Below, one piece after another: positions 1 to 7,021 of a stretch of DNA of 29,192 nucleotides. The DNA lies in contig JAYENL010000135.1 in NCBI GenBank assembly GCA_034722055.1, positions 7,399-36,590 of the forward strand, given 5' to 3'. Position numbers and translations under genes: made by a program. Below the pieces are notes generated by a model. That model was not told the DNA's origin and did no database searches. It saw nothing but the letters and a program-made list of their open reading frames with translations. Each line of letters begins with the position of its first letter. The first letter of the stretch is position 1. The stretch comes from Armatimonadota bacterium. GTDB lineage: Bacteria > Armatimonadota > Zipacnadia > Zipacnadales > UBA5352.

Positions 1-100
1 GACTAAGACTGGGCTCGTCAGAAAAGATAGTATTCTCCAAGGAATGCACTCTTTCCTTCCCGACATCTAAGACTTCTGTCTGCGGCGAGGGCCTCCTGCC

Positions 101-131
101 GGAGACCTCCGGTTGGAGACCTCCGGTCTCA
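101..131. repeat. Family B mini-hairpin, two-unit (14-nt period) copy
   Basis: GGAGACCTCCGGTT-GGAGACCTCCGGTCTC; minus strand GAGACC-GGA-GGTCTCC-AACCGGAGGTCTCC; overlaps the stop codon of 129..1061. Confidence 0.75.
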
Positions 132-1061
132 TGAGGAACGGGCGCGCAGCGCCGACATCACGAGGGCCTTGCAGATGAGGTCCCGCCAGCGCTCCGCGAG
201 CACCTGGGGCCGCATGCCCGCCGCCCCAGCGTCCGTCTTGCTGGCCGTCAGGAGCTGATGCTCCCCGACCAGCAGCGCCATGCCGTCTCGACCTGGCTCG
301 ATACGGATTTGGTTGGGGGTGAAGGGGCATTCGAGGGCTTCCTGAAGCCCCTTGGCAGCCACGGCCACCCGCTCGCCGGGTGCTAGCTCGCCTCGCTTGT
401 GGGTGACCTCCAACACCACCTCATTGTCGATTACGAGCTGGCCGGTCTCCTCCTCGCGATTCCCGACGCGGATGGACCGGGAGCGAATCTCCGCGCTGAG
501 GGGACGCACTCCCTCGGCCTCCTCGGCTTCGGCGGGTCGCAGGGCCTCATTCATGGCGGCCGTCACGGCCGCTTCCAGGTCCTCGGGCATCCAGCAGAAG
601 CCGGGAGGGTGGAGGAAGCTGACGGTGCGACCATCCTTACCCGGGCCCCAACTGACGGTTGTCATGCCCTCGATCATCACGGCCATGCAGTCGAGACCCT
701 TCGCCTCCCACCGCTCGCGCCCGGGCGCTCCCGGCGAGATGTCCTCGATCTGCAGCTCCACCCGAGCCGGGCGCTGGGCCTCCACCTCCCGCAGCACGTC
801 CATGGCGAGCTGATGGCAGACGGACTCAGGATCGACGAAGGCCGTGATGGTGACAAGGTCATCGTGGGGCGGGAAGGCAGGCTCCTGCGGGGTGGTGGGA
901 GGCGGGCGGCAACCCGTCAGGGCCACGGCGGCCAAGAGCAGGACGCAAAAGCCAAGCACCCCGCCCTGGACGTACAGTCTGCTATGCGAGCGCCTTTGCC
1001 CGCGCGGTGTGAGGCGCTGAAGGTACCGCGCACGCCCGCTTGCCGTGGTCACGCTGATCAC
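129..1061 (-). CDS. Hypothetical lipoprotein, possibly with a thioredoxin-like N-terminal domain; true start uncertain
   Basis: 310-aa ORF; hydrophobic stretch ending in lipobox-like LTG-C, then a Pro-rich linker; VTITAFVDPESVCHQ...VELQIED resembles a thioredoxin-fold beta-alpha-beta with a single Cys. Confidence 0.65.
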   Translation of the reverse strand: MISVTTASGRARYLQRLTPRGQRRSHSRLYVQGGVLGFCVLLLAAVALTGCRPPPTTPQEPAFPPHDDLVTITAFVDPESVCHQLAMDVLREVEAQRPARVELQIEDISPGAPGRERWEAKGLDCMAVMIEGMTTVSWGPGKDGRTVSFLHPPGFCWMPEDLEAAVTAAMNEALRPAEAEEAEGVRPLSAEIRSRSIRVGNREEETGQLVIDNEVVLEVTHKRGELAPGERVAVAAKGLQEALECPFTPNQIRIEPGRDGMALLVGEHQLLTASKTDAGAAGMRPQVLAERWRDLICKALVMSALRARSS

Positions 1062-1083
1062 CCGTGCGGCACTGCGGGAGTCG

Positions 1084-1114
1084 CCGCCGCGGCCGGACCT
1101 CCCGGCCGCGGCGG
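1084..1114. terminator. Perfect 13-bp GC hairpin between two minus-strand genes (terminator-like or mRNA-stabilising)
   Basis: CCGCCGCGGCCGG-acctc-CCGGCCGCGGCGG; no clear U-tract. Confidence 0.4.
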
Positions 1115-1126
1115 TCGTCCTCTCAT

Positions 1127-1216
1127 CCCGGAGGCGGTGAGGCGCCTCCCCCCACTGCCACAGCCCCGCCCGGAGACGCTCCCGCGTCTCTTCCCGCGGT
1201 CACAGCCCCGCCCGGG
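1127..1216. repeat. Family A ~42-bp palindromic repeat, 2 units
   Basis: cccGGAGGCG-gtgagg-CGCCTCCcccactgccacagccccg followed by cccgGAGACGC-tccc-GCGTCTCttcccgcggtcacagccccgcccgg. Confidence 0.8.
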
Positions 1217-1219
1217 ACC

Positions 1220-1585
1220 TCAGTCGGTGGTGGTGACGCGCACGGTCTTGGTCGAGCCGTCCCAATCCACCTTGGCGTTGAGCGCCTCACCAAGCTGGCG
1301 AATCCCGAGCAGTAGGCGCCCGCTGACGGTGATGCCCTCCGACTGCATCACGAACGTGCAGATGTCGCCTCTACAGATGGTGACGCGCTTGGCCTGCGGG
1401 CTGTACTCCACGTCCGCACCTATGGCCTGGGCCGCCGCCCGCAGCGGCACATGGACGCGCCCCTCATTGAGCATCGGGGGCGTGTCGCACTGAATGGTCT
1501 TGCCGTTGGCCACCAGCCTGATGTCATCCGCCGCCCAGCAGGCCGCCGCAACCGCGAGCGCCACCACAATGGTCGTCAGACGCAT
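1220..1585 (-). CDS. Secreted copper amine oxidase N-terminal (stalk) domain protein
   Basis: Signal peptide; motifs PMLNEGRVHVPLRAAAQAIGADVEY and GRLLLGIRQLGEALNAKVDWDGSTKTV; RBS GAGGAGG 7 nt upstream of ATG 1585. Confidence 0.85.
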   Translation of the reverse strand: MRLTTIVVALAVAAACWAADDIRLVANGKTIQCDTPPMLNEGRVHVPLRAAAQAIGADVEYSPQAKRVTICRGDICTFVMQSEGITVSGRLLLGIRQLGEALNAKVDWDGSTKTVRVTTTD

Positions 1586-1654
1586 CACTGGTCCTCCTCA
1601 CACACACTCACAGGCCCTCCGGTAGCCGAGGCGCTGGGATAGACAGCCTCAAAT

Positions 1655-1905
1655 GCCCGGAGGCGCTTGCGCGCCTCTCCCCGCGGCCACAGCCCTGCCC
1701 GGAGACGCTCCCGCGTCTCTTCCCACGGCCACAGCCCTGCCCGGAGGCTTACGCCTCTCCCCGCGGCCACAGCCCTGCCCGGAGACGCTCCCGCGTCTCT
1801 CCCCGCGGCCACAGCCCTGCCCGGAGGCTTACGCCTCTCCCCGCGGCCACAGCCCTGCCCGGAGGCGCTTGCGCGTCTCTTCCCACGGCCACAGCCCTGC
1901 CCGGA
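1655..1905. repeat. Family A tandem array: six 38-42-bp units, each with an internal hairpin
   Basis: Units start at 1655, 1697, 1739, 1777, 1819, 1857; consensus GCCCGGAGRC(GC)-loop-(GC)GYCTCTYCCCRCGGCCACAGCCCT. Confidence 0.95.
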
Positions 1906-1920
1906 TCGGAGGCCGGAGCA

Positions 1921-1946
1921 AAACGGGGGCCCTCAGCGGATCCCCC
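1921..1946 (-). terminator. Possible intrinsic terminator of the XRE gene
   Basis: Minus strand reads ...GGGGATCC-gctga-GGGCCCCC-GTTTT directly after the stop codon. Confidence 0.45.
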
Positions 1947-2471
1947 TCAGTCTGTGCCGCTGACCAGATTCGCCAGCGCCAGGTGCAGTGCGGCTACCTC
2001 ATCCGCCCCGGCCGGCGCAAGAGCCTCGGTGAGCCGGATGAGCACGCCCTCCTCGCGCGCGAACGCCGACAGCGCCTGCAGCTCCTCCTCAGCAGCCTCG
2101 TCGTAGGTCGGAATGCCGTAGACCCCGGCCTCCGGCTCTTCCTCCTCCGCCCGCTCCCGTCGGGCCTGGCTCCGGCTGAGCAGTTCGCTCACGGCTCGGT
2201 CGAGGCTGTCAAAGACCCCGCCCTCGCCGAGGAACCAGGCCTTGGAGCGTCCCGTGAGCTCGCTGAGCGTCTGGAGCATGTCGTAGCGCGGCTGGCTCTT
2301 CCCGGATTCCCAAGAGCGCACTGTCCAGACGCTGACGTCGAGGTCTTCTGAGAAGTCCTGCGCGGTGCGGTAGCCCGCCTCCCGCCGGGCTTGCGCGATG
2401 CGCTGGCCCATCGCACGAGCCGAGTCGCTGCGGTCCGAGGCTCCCCCTGCAGTCCCTTCCTCTGCTGCCAT
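1947..2471 (-). CDS. XRE/HTH_3-family transcriptional regulator with a C-terminal domain of unknown function
   Basis: MGQRIAQARREAGYRTAQDFSEDLDVSVWTVRSWESGKSQPRYDMLQTLSELTGRSKAWFLGEG is a typical Cro/C1-type HTH; AGGAG 8 nt upstream of ATG 2471 (alternative start 2477). Confidence 0.9.
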   Translation of the reverse strand: MAAEEGTAGGASDRSDSARAMGQRIAQARREAGYRTAQDFSEDLDVSVWTVRSWESGKSQPRYDMLQTLSELTGRSKAWFLGEGGVFDSLDRAVSELLSRSQARRERAEEEEPEAGVYGIPTYDEAAEEELQALSAFAREEGVLIRLTEALAPAGADEVAALHLALANLVSGTD

Positions 2472-2479
2472 CGCCATCT

Positions 2480-2503
2480 CTCCTGGAGACCTTCGGTCTC
2501 AAT
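2480..2503 (-). repeat. Family B mini-hairpin fused to the XRE gene Shine-Dalgarno
   Basis: Minus strand ATTGAGACC-GAA-GGTCTCCAGGAG; 19 nt identical to 27150-27168. Confidence 0.85.
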
Positions 2504-2569
2504 CGGTTCGCCCAGCCCACTACCGCGTGCTGGGTGCTCCGCCGGCCCCTCCACCCCGGCGCTGTGGAG

Positions 2570-2597
2570 ATAATACCAAAAATACAATATGATGCAA
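2570..2597 (-). promoter_or_regulatory. Putative sigma-70 promoter for the XRE gene
   Basis: Minus strand TTGCAT-N16-TATTAT with TG-N extended -10, in an AT-rich patch. Confidence 0.55.
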
Positions 2598-2677
2598 GAG
2601 TTGGCAAAAGAGTCTGTTCCGTCTCGCGGGCCCGCCGTGCCTTGCGGAACGTCACAAGTGCCGCGGAATCAAAGGGT

Positions 2678-2706
2678 GGAATCGGCCACGGCTGTAACCC
2701 GTCTAA
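2678..2706 (+). promoter_or_regulatory. Putative ECF-sigma promoter for the ferredoxin gene
   Basis: GGAATC-N16-CGTCTAA; a similar motif lies at 13461-13488. Confidence 0.4.
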
Positions 2707-2773
2707 CCAGGTGAAGATAAGCGAATAGTCGAGGCTCCAGCCAGGAGTCCGTGAGATGTGAGGAGGGATATCG

Positions 2774-3163
2774 ATGAAGCTGCGCGCGTGGACGAAGACG
2801 GGGCTGGGAGTGCTGGCGGCGGCCTTGCTGGTAGGCCTGACGGTGGCGGCTGTGCAGCAGGAGCCGGCGCAGCCAGCCCAGGAGGCCGTGGCCGCGACGG
2901 GGACCGAATGCACCCACCAGTGCGCCACCTGCCCGCTGCGGGGCACCGATGCGTGCGCCGCCACCAGCGGCACCTGCCAGGTACAGCCCTGCGCCACGGT
3001 GGATGAGAGCCGCTGCGTGGGCTGCGGCAAGTGCGTGGCCGTGGCGCCGGAGGCCTTTGAGATCGACCCTGAGACCGGCAAGGCGAAGATCAAGGACGGC
3101 GCTTCGGAGGAGGACATCAACCGCGGCGCCCGGGCCTGTCCGGTGGGGGCCATCAAGAAGTAG
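2774..3163 (+). CDS. Single-cluster ferredoxin with N-terminal signal/anchor and extra Cys-rich segment
   Basis: CVGCGKCVAVAP...ARACPVGAI (CxxCxxC...CP); hydrophobic N-terminus; CTHQCATCPLRGTDAC segment; RBS GAGGAGG. Confidence 0.85.
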   Translation: MKLRAWTKTGLGVLAAALLVGLTVAAVQQEPAQPAQEAVAATGTECTHQCATCPLRGTDACAATSGTCQVQPCATVDESRCVGCGKCVAVAPEAFEIDPETGKAKIKDGASEEDINRGARACPVGAIKK

Positions 3164-3185
3164 CGGCCGCGCGTGAGGACCGACG

Positions 3186-3231
3186 GCGGCGGAGCCGAGA
3201 GTCAATATTCTCGGCTCCGCCGCTGCTTTCT
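3186..3231 (+). terminator. Intrinsic terminator after the ferredoxin gene
   Basis: 15-bp perfect stem GCGGCGGAGCCGAGA/TCTCGGCTCCGCCGC, 8-nt loop, followed by TGCTTTCT. Confidence 0.7.
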
Positions 3232-3532
3232 CACGGCACACCCAACCCGCGCGTTGAGGATGATCCTCGGTGCCTCGACGTCCGTGGGTATCATCGGCAT
3301 TTCGCCCCACCCCCTGAGAGACCTTTCCGCGCGCGAGTGATCAGTGACGAGACGGTTACCGTGGCGACTGAGCGATGGGGGACGAGTCGGCTCCAAGCTA
3401 CGAACCGCAAGCTGCGAGCTAACGACTGACGGCATCAACGCCGACTGGCGGCAGGACGGCGCCCTGCGTACGCGACGGCCAGCGCGCGGGGCTGGTAGAG
3501 GCCCCGCAGCCGTAGCACGCGGGTCGGTGTAG

Positions 3533-3592
3533 CCGTCATCTGTCGTTTTCTGCTGTTATCTGTCGTGATCTGCCGTTGTCTGCCGTTATGTG
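3533..3592. repeat. Degenerate 10-bp tandem repeat, 6 units (YCGTTATCTG)
   Basis: ccgtcatctg tcgttttctg ctgttatctg tcgtgatctg ccgttgtctg ccgttatgtg. Confidence 0.8.
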
Positions 3593-3656
3593 GGGAGGAA
3601 GTCAGGCCCTGCGCGGCAAACGGTCCCGGCGTGGGCGCGCCACGCATCTCATTCAG

Positions 3657-3838
3657 ACCGAAGGTCTGCGACCGAAGGTCTGCGACCGAAGGTCTGCGAC
3701 CGAAGGTCTGCGACCGAAGGTCTGCGACCGAAGGTCTGCGACCGAAGGTCTGCAACCGAAGGTCTGCAACCGAAGGTCTGCAACCGAAGGGCTGCAACCG
3801 AAGGTCTGCAACCGAAGGTCTGCGGCTGAAGGTCTGCG
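3657..3838. repeat. 14-bp tandem array, 13 units of ACCGAAGGTCTGCR (expanded family B element)
   Basis: 6 units ending GCG, 5 ending GCA (one with a T>G change), 1 ending GCG, 1 degenerate; begins ATTCAGACC-GAA-GGTCTG and runs into GGGAGG, the RBS of 3852. Confidence 0.95.
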
Positions 3839-3851
3839 GGAGGCGATTCCT

Positions 3852-5516
3852 ATGCCGGGCACGCGGCTGAGAGTGCTGCTGGTAATGGCGGTCGCAGTCA
3901 TCCTGCTGCCCGTAGCGAATGCGACGCTGATCGTCAGCGAGGCCGACCTCTGGCAGAACGTAATCGTCCCCGACCGCGAGCCGCCCGGAGACGTTCTCGC
4001 GTCTCTCCCCACGGCCACAGCCCCGCCCGGAGACGTTCCGACGTCTCTTCCCACGGCCACAGCCCCGCCCACCGCATCGGTGGAGCGCGTTGACCTGCGG
4101 GCGGCGCGCAACGAGTACGAGTGCGCCGCGCTGAACGTGCACAATACCGGCACGCAGGCGGTCTACCTCCGTGCTCATGTGCAGCCAGTCGCAGGCGGTC
4201 TGTCCGGGAGGCCGCTCCAGGCTCTGGGGCAGATCGTGCTGCGCGAGGCCGTCCACCTGCGCAACATCCGGGGCGCCCTGGTGGCGGACGCATTGCCGCC
4301 GCTGCGGCCCGGCCAGGCCATGACCGTCCCCGCCGGCGAGGTTCGCCAGCTCTGGATCGAGATCTACACGGGCGATCTCTCGCCGGGTGTGTACGACCTG
4401 TCCCTGCGGCTGACCCCGGTCGGCGGAGGAACGGTGGAGGAGGTGCCGCTGCGGCTGCACGTCTGGGACTTCGAGCTGCCCAAGCGCATGCCGGTGGCGG
4501 TGTTCAACTGGGACTACGGCATCCGCGGGCGGGACGAGCCCATGCGGTCGCGTTACCTGCGGGCCATGGTGGAGCATGGCATCAACGTCTTCCACATCTC
4601 CGGCAGCCCCAAGGTGGTCTGCAACGCGGAGGGGGAGCTGCTGGAGGAGCCGGACTTCTCCGGGTGGGATGATCTCATCGCTCTGGAGAGGCCCCACGCC
4701 AGGATGTTCCTGTTCGAGAACTGGCAGTTCCGCGGCCGGCCCTTCGAGACTTCGCAGGGCGAGGAGGTCGAGTACCTCTCGGAGCCCTGGGTGCGGGCCT
4801 TCGAGGCCTGGCTGCCGAAGTTCGTGGCCTACACGAAGAGCCGCGGCCTCGACTACGAGGACTGGGCGTTCTACCCCTTCGATGAGTACATCGGGCCGGA
4901 CTTCGTGGCCCTGGCGAGGGAGATCAAGCGCATCGACCCCCAGGTGCAGATCTTCACCGACAAGCTCACCGACGCGGAGCAGGTCCGCGCCGCCGCGCCC
5001 TACACCGACATCTGGTGCCCCTACGACGGGCACTTCGGCGAGACCTACGCGGAGGGCCTGGAGATCATGCGCGAGTCCGGCAAGCCCATCTGGTTCTACT
5101 TCTGCGGGCGCGACCAGAAGGCGTTCCCGCCCATGGAGCGCTACCGTCTGATGGGGTGGAAGACCTGGGCCCGCGACCTGCAGGGCTGCACCTACTGGAA
5201 CATCTTCGGCGGTGGCGGGAGCCTCTGGGATGACTTTGACTCCACCCATCCCGACCCCGGCAGCGTCTACACCGGCCGCGACGGACCCGTGACCAGCCGC
5301 CGGTGGGAGGCCTTCCGACAGGGGCTGGAGGACTACTGCTACCTGTGGCTGCTCGATCAGCGCCTGCAGCGCGCTGCCGACGACCGTCCCACCGCGCAGA
5401 GAATACTGGACGCCGCTGCCGACGACGTCCTCGAGCACCCCGACACGGCCACCGTCGAGCAGTGGCGGCGGCGGATTGCCAGCGCCATCTTGCAGCTCGG
5501 GAGGGAGCGGCAATGA
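3852..5516 (+). CDS. Secreted DUF4091/GH123-like putative glycoside hydrolase
   Basis: Signal peptide; LRAARNEYE N-terminal motif, VPLRLHVWDFELP, YPFDE, and C-terminal PVTSRRWEAFRQGLEDY typical of DUF4091; RBS GGGAGG 8 nt before ATG 3852 (the ORF extension to 3576 is repeat-derived). Confidence 0.8.
   Translation: MPGTRLRVLLVMAVAVILLPVANATLIVSEADLWQNVIVPDREPPGDVLASLPTATAPPGDVPTSLPTATAPPTASVERVDLRAARNEYECAALNVHNTGTQAVYLRAHVQPVAGGLSGRPLQALGQIVLREAVHLRNIRGALVADALPPLRPGQAMTVPAGEVRQLWIEIYTGDLSPGVYDLSLRLTPVGGGTVEEVPLRLHVWDFELPKRMPVAVFNWDYGIRGRDEPMRSRYLRAMVEHGINVFHISGSPKVVCNAEGELLEEPDFSGWDDLIALERPHARMFLFENWQFRGRPFETSQGEEVEYLSEPWVRAFEAWLPKFVAYTKSRGLDYEDWAFYPFDEYIGPDFVALAREIKRIDPQVQIFTDKLTDAEQVRAAAPYTDIWCPYDGHFGETYAEGLEIMRESGKPIWFYFCGRDQKAFPPMERYRLMGWKTWARDLQGCTYWNIFGGGGSLWDDFDSTHPDPGSVYTGRDGPVTSRRWEAFRQGLEDYCYLWLLDQRLQRAADDRPTAQRILDAAADDVLEHPDTATVEQWRRRIASAILQLGRERQ
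3983..4070. repeat. Family A, two 42-bp units inserted in frame within the DUF4091 gene
   Basis: GCCCGGAGACGT-tctc-GCGTCTC... and GCCCGGAGACGT-tccg-ACGTCTC...; encodes PGDVLASLPTATAP PGDVPTSLPTATAP. Confidence 0.9.
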
Positions 5517-6784
5517 CCGGGAAGCCGGTGCGACTGGTGATAGCAGCATCACTGATCCTGGCGACCGCCATGGCCTGCCAGGCACAGGACGTGGCGGCGC
5601 CGGAGGTCGAGAACCTGGTGGCGAACCCCGGCTTCGAGCAGCCGGATCTCGAGGGCTGGTCGCGGGTGCTCGCGGGTGACGACGAGGGCGTCATCGAGCC
5701 GTCTGATGATGCACATACTGGCAGCGGCTCGGCGCGGGTTCACGCTCCCACCGATCGCGCGTGGAGCTTCCTCCGCCAGCAGGACTTCGACGTCGCCATC
5801 GGCGAGACGCTGGTGCTCAGCGCGTGGGTGAAGTCCTCCAGCACCCGTGCCAAGCTGGTCCTGACCGGGGGCTTTCTGTGGGGCGGCGCGCCGTCAGGAC
5901 ATCAGACCACCGCGGACCGGCACAGCGGCTCCGGGAAGTGGGAGCTGCTGCGTGTGGAGCTGGCCATCGAGCAGCTTCCCATCTCCGCGGCCATCGGCTT
6001 CGACTACAACTCCCCTGGCGCCACGCTTCTGGTCGATGACGTGCGGCTGGCACGGGAGGCCGATGTGCTGGCCGAGGATGCCGTGGAGTGCGCCCATGCC
6101 TTCAAGCAGTTGGCCGGGCGCGAGGACCTCCCGGGATGGATCCGGGATGGCCTGCAGGATCGCGCCGAACGCGGCGCAGAGCTGGTGATGCGCTATCGCG
6201 AGACGGCCCACGATGCCGAGGGCTTTGCGGAGGTGCTCGATGCACTACGTGACTACGTGGCAGCCCGGAGACAGCTCATCACCTGGGAGGCCGGCAGTGC
6301 GCCGGAGGGGGAGGCCGGCCCGGTGCCGCTGGTCCTGGAGCGGATCCGGCTGGAGGCGGAGCGCGGTGACGATGCAGTGACCACCATCAGCCTGTTGAAC
6401 GCCTTCGGGCAGCACTCGGTTGCGGTGCGGGTGGTGCCACGCAACATTGTTGTCCCGCTCGATGAGCAGCCAACGCCCGCGGGCGAAGCGGACGTGTCTG
6501 AAGAGCCGTCTCTCCGGACGCAGGTGCAGCCGCAGGTCGTGCTGGAGGCGGGGCGGATTCGCGTGATGGAGCTGATTCCGCGCGGCGGCGCAATGATGGC
6601 CGTCGATCCCGGCGAGGACCTTGCGGTGTGGGCCCCGGTGAACGAGCCGCGGCAGGTGCGCGTGGTCTTCCCGACGCATGACCTGGCGCCGGGGGCCTAC
6701 ACTGGGACGCTGCTGCTGCAGCCGCTGGATCGCACGCAGGCCGGGCCGCCGCAGGAGGTGGCGGTGGAGCTGGCGGTCCGGTAG
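5513..6784 (+). CDS. Secreted protein with CBM4/9-like carbohydrate-binding domain
   Basis: ATGA overlap with the upstream gene; signal peptide; NLVANPGFE...DAHTGSGSARV...LSAWVKS...LVDDVRL; C-terminal LAPGAYTGTL Ig-like segment. Confidence 0.75.
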   Translation: MTGKPVRLVIAASLILATAMACQAQDVAAPEVENLVANPGFEQPDLEGWSRVLAGDDEGVIEPSDDAHTGSGSARVHAPTDRAWSFLRQQDFDVAIGETLVLSAWVKSSSTRAKLVLTGGFLWGGAPSGHQTTADRHSGSGKWELLRVELAIEQLPISAAIGFDYNSPGATLLVDDVRLAREADVLAEDAVECAHAFKQLAGREDLPGWIRDGLQDRAERGAELVMRYRETAHDAEGFAEVLDALRDYVAARRQLITWEAGSAPEGEAGPVPLVLERIRLEAERGDDAVTTISLLNAFGQHSVAVRVVPRNIVVPLDEQPTPAGEADVSEEPSLRTQVQPQVVLEAGRIRVMELIPRGGAMMAVDPGEDLAVWAPVNEPRQVRVVFPTHDLAPGAYTGTLLLQPLDRTQAGPPQEVAVELAVR

Positions 6785-6819
6785 CAGCCGGTCGTTGTCG
6801 TCCGCCTTTCCTGTCATGT

Positions 6820-6980
6820 CGTACGGAGAGGCGGGCTGCCTAGCCCGCCGCCGTTGCTTCGTTTCGTATTACGGTTCGTATTACGGGGTGGGTGAAACGC
6901 TTGCGACGCCGGCCTCCCCCATGCCCGAGCCACCGGCTCGGGCAACAGCGGGCCGGACGGTGGTCCGGCCCCTCCATACG
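6820..6980. repeat. Family C REPIN/MITE-like composite element
   Basis: Terminal inverted CGTACGGAG...CTCCATACG; internal hairpins GGCGGGCT-gcct-AGCCCGCC and GCCCGAGCC-acc-GGCTCGGGC; homologous to 25775-25908. Confidence 0.75.
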
Positions 6981-7021
6981 ACACGGAAACAACGACGGAC
7001 AACGGCGTCAACGGCAGGCGA

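Noticed and set aside
1..66. Possible 5' end of a minus-strand gene (MSGRKECIPWRILSFLTSPVLV...)
   Set aside because: Only 22 codons visible at the window edge with no well-spaced RBS; cannot be supported
1655..1905. CRISPR array
   Set aside because: Variable parts are only ~9-13 nt, recur between units and are part of a hairpin; no cas genes; same unit is dispersed and found inside CDSs
2486..2500. BsaI (GAGACC/GGTCTC) Golden Gate cloning scar or adapter artefact
   Set aside because: Natural compensatory variants (GAGATC/GATCTC, CAGACC/GGTCTG) destroy the BsaI sites while keeping the stem
3230..3530. tmRNA, RNase P or riboswitch in the long intergenic region
   Set aside because: No tRNA-like ends or recognisable conserved motifs seen; an Rfam scan would be needed to exclude it fully
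3657..3838. CRISPR array or coding repeat (ORF starting at 3576)
   Set aside because: No spacers; the 14-nt unit is not a multiple of 3; a strong RBS and signal peptide place the real start at 3852
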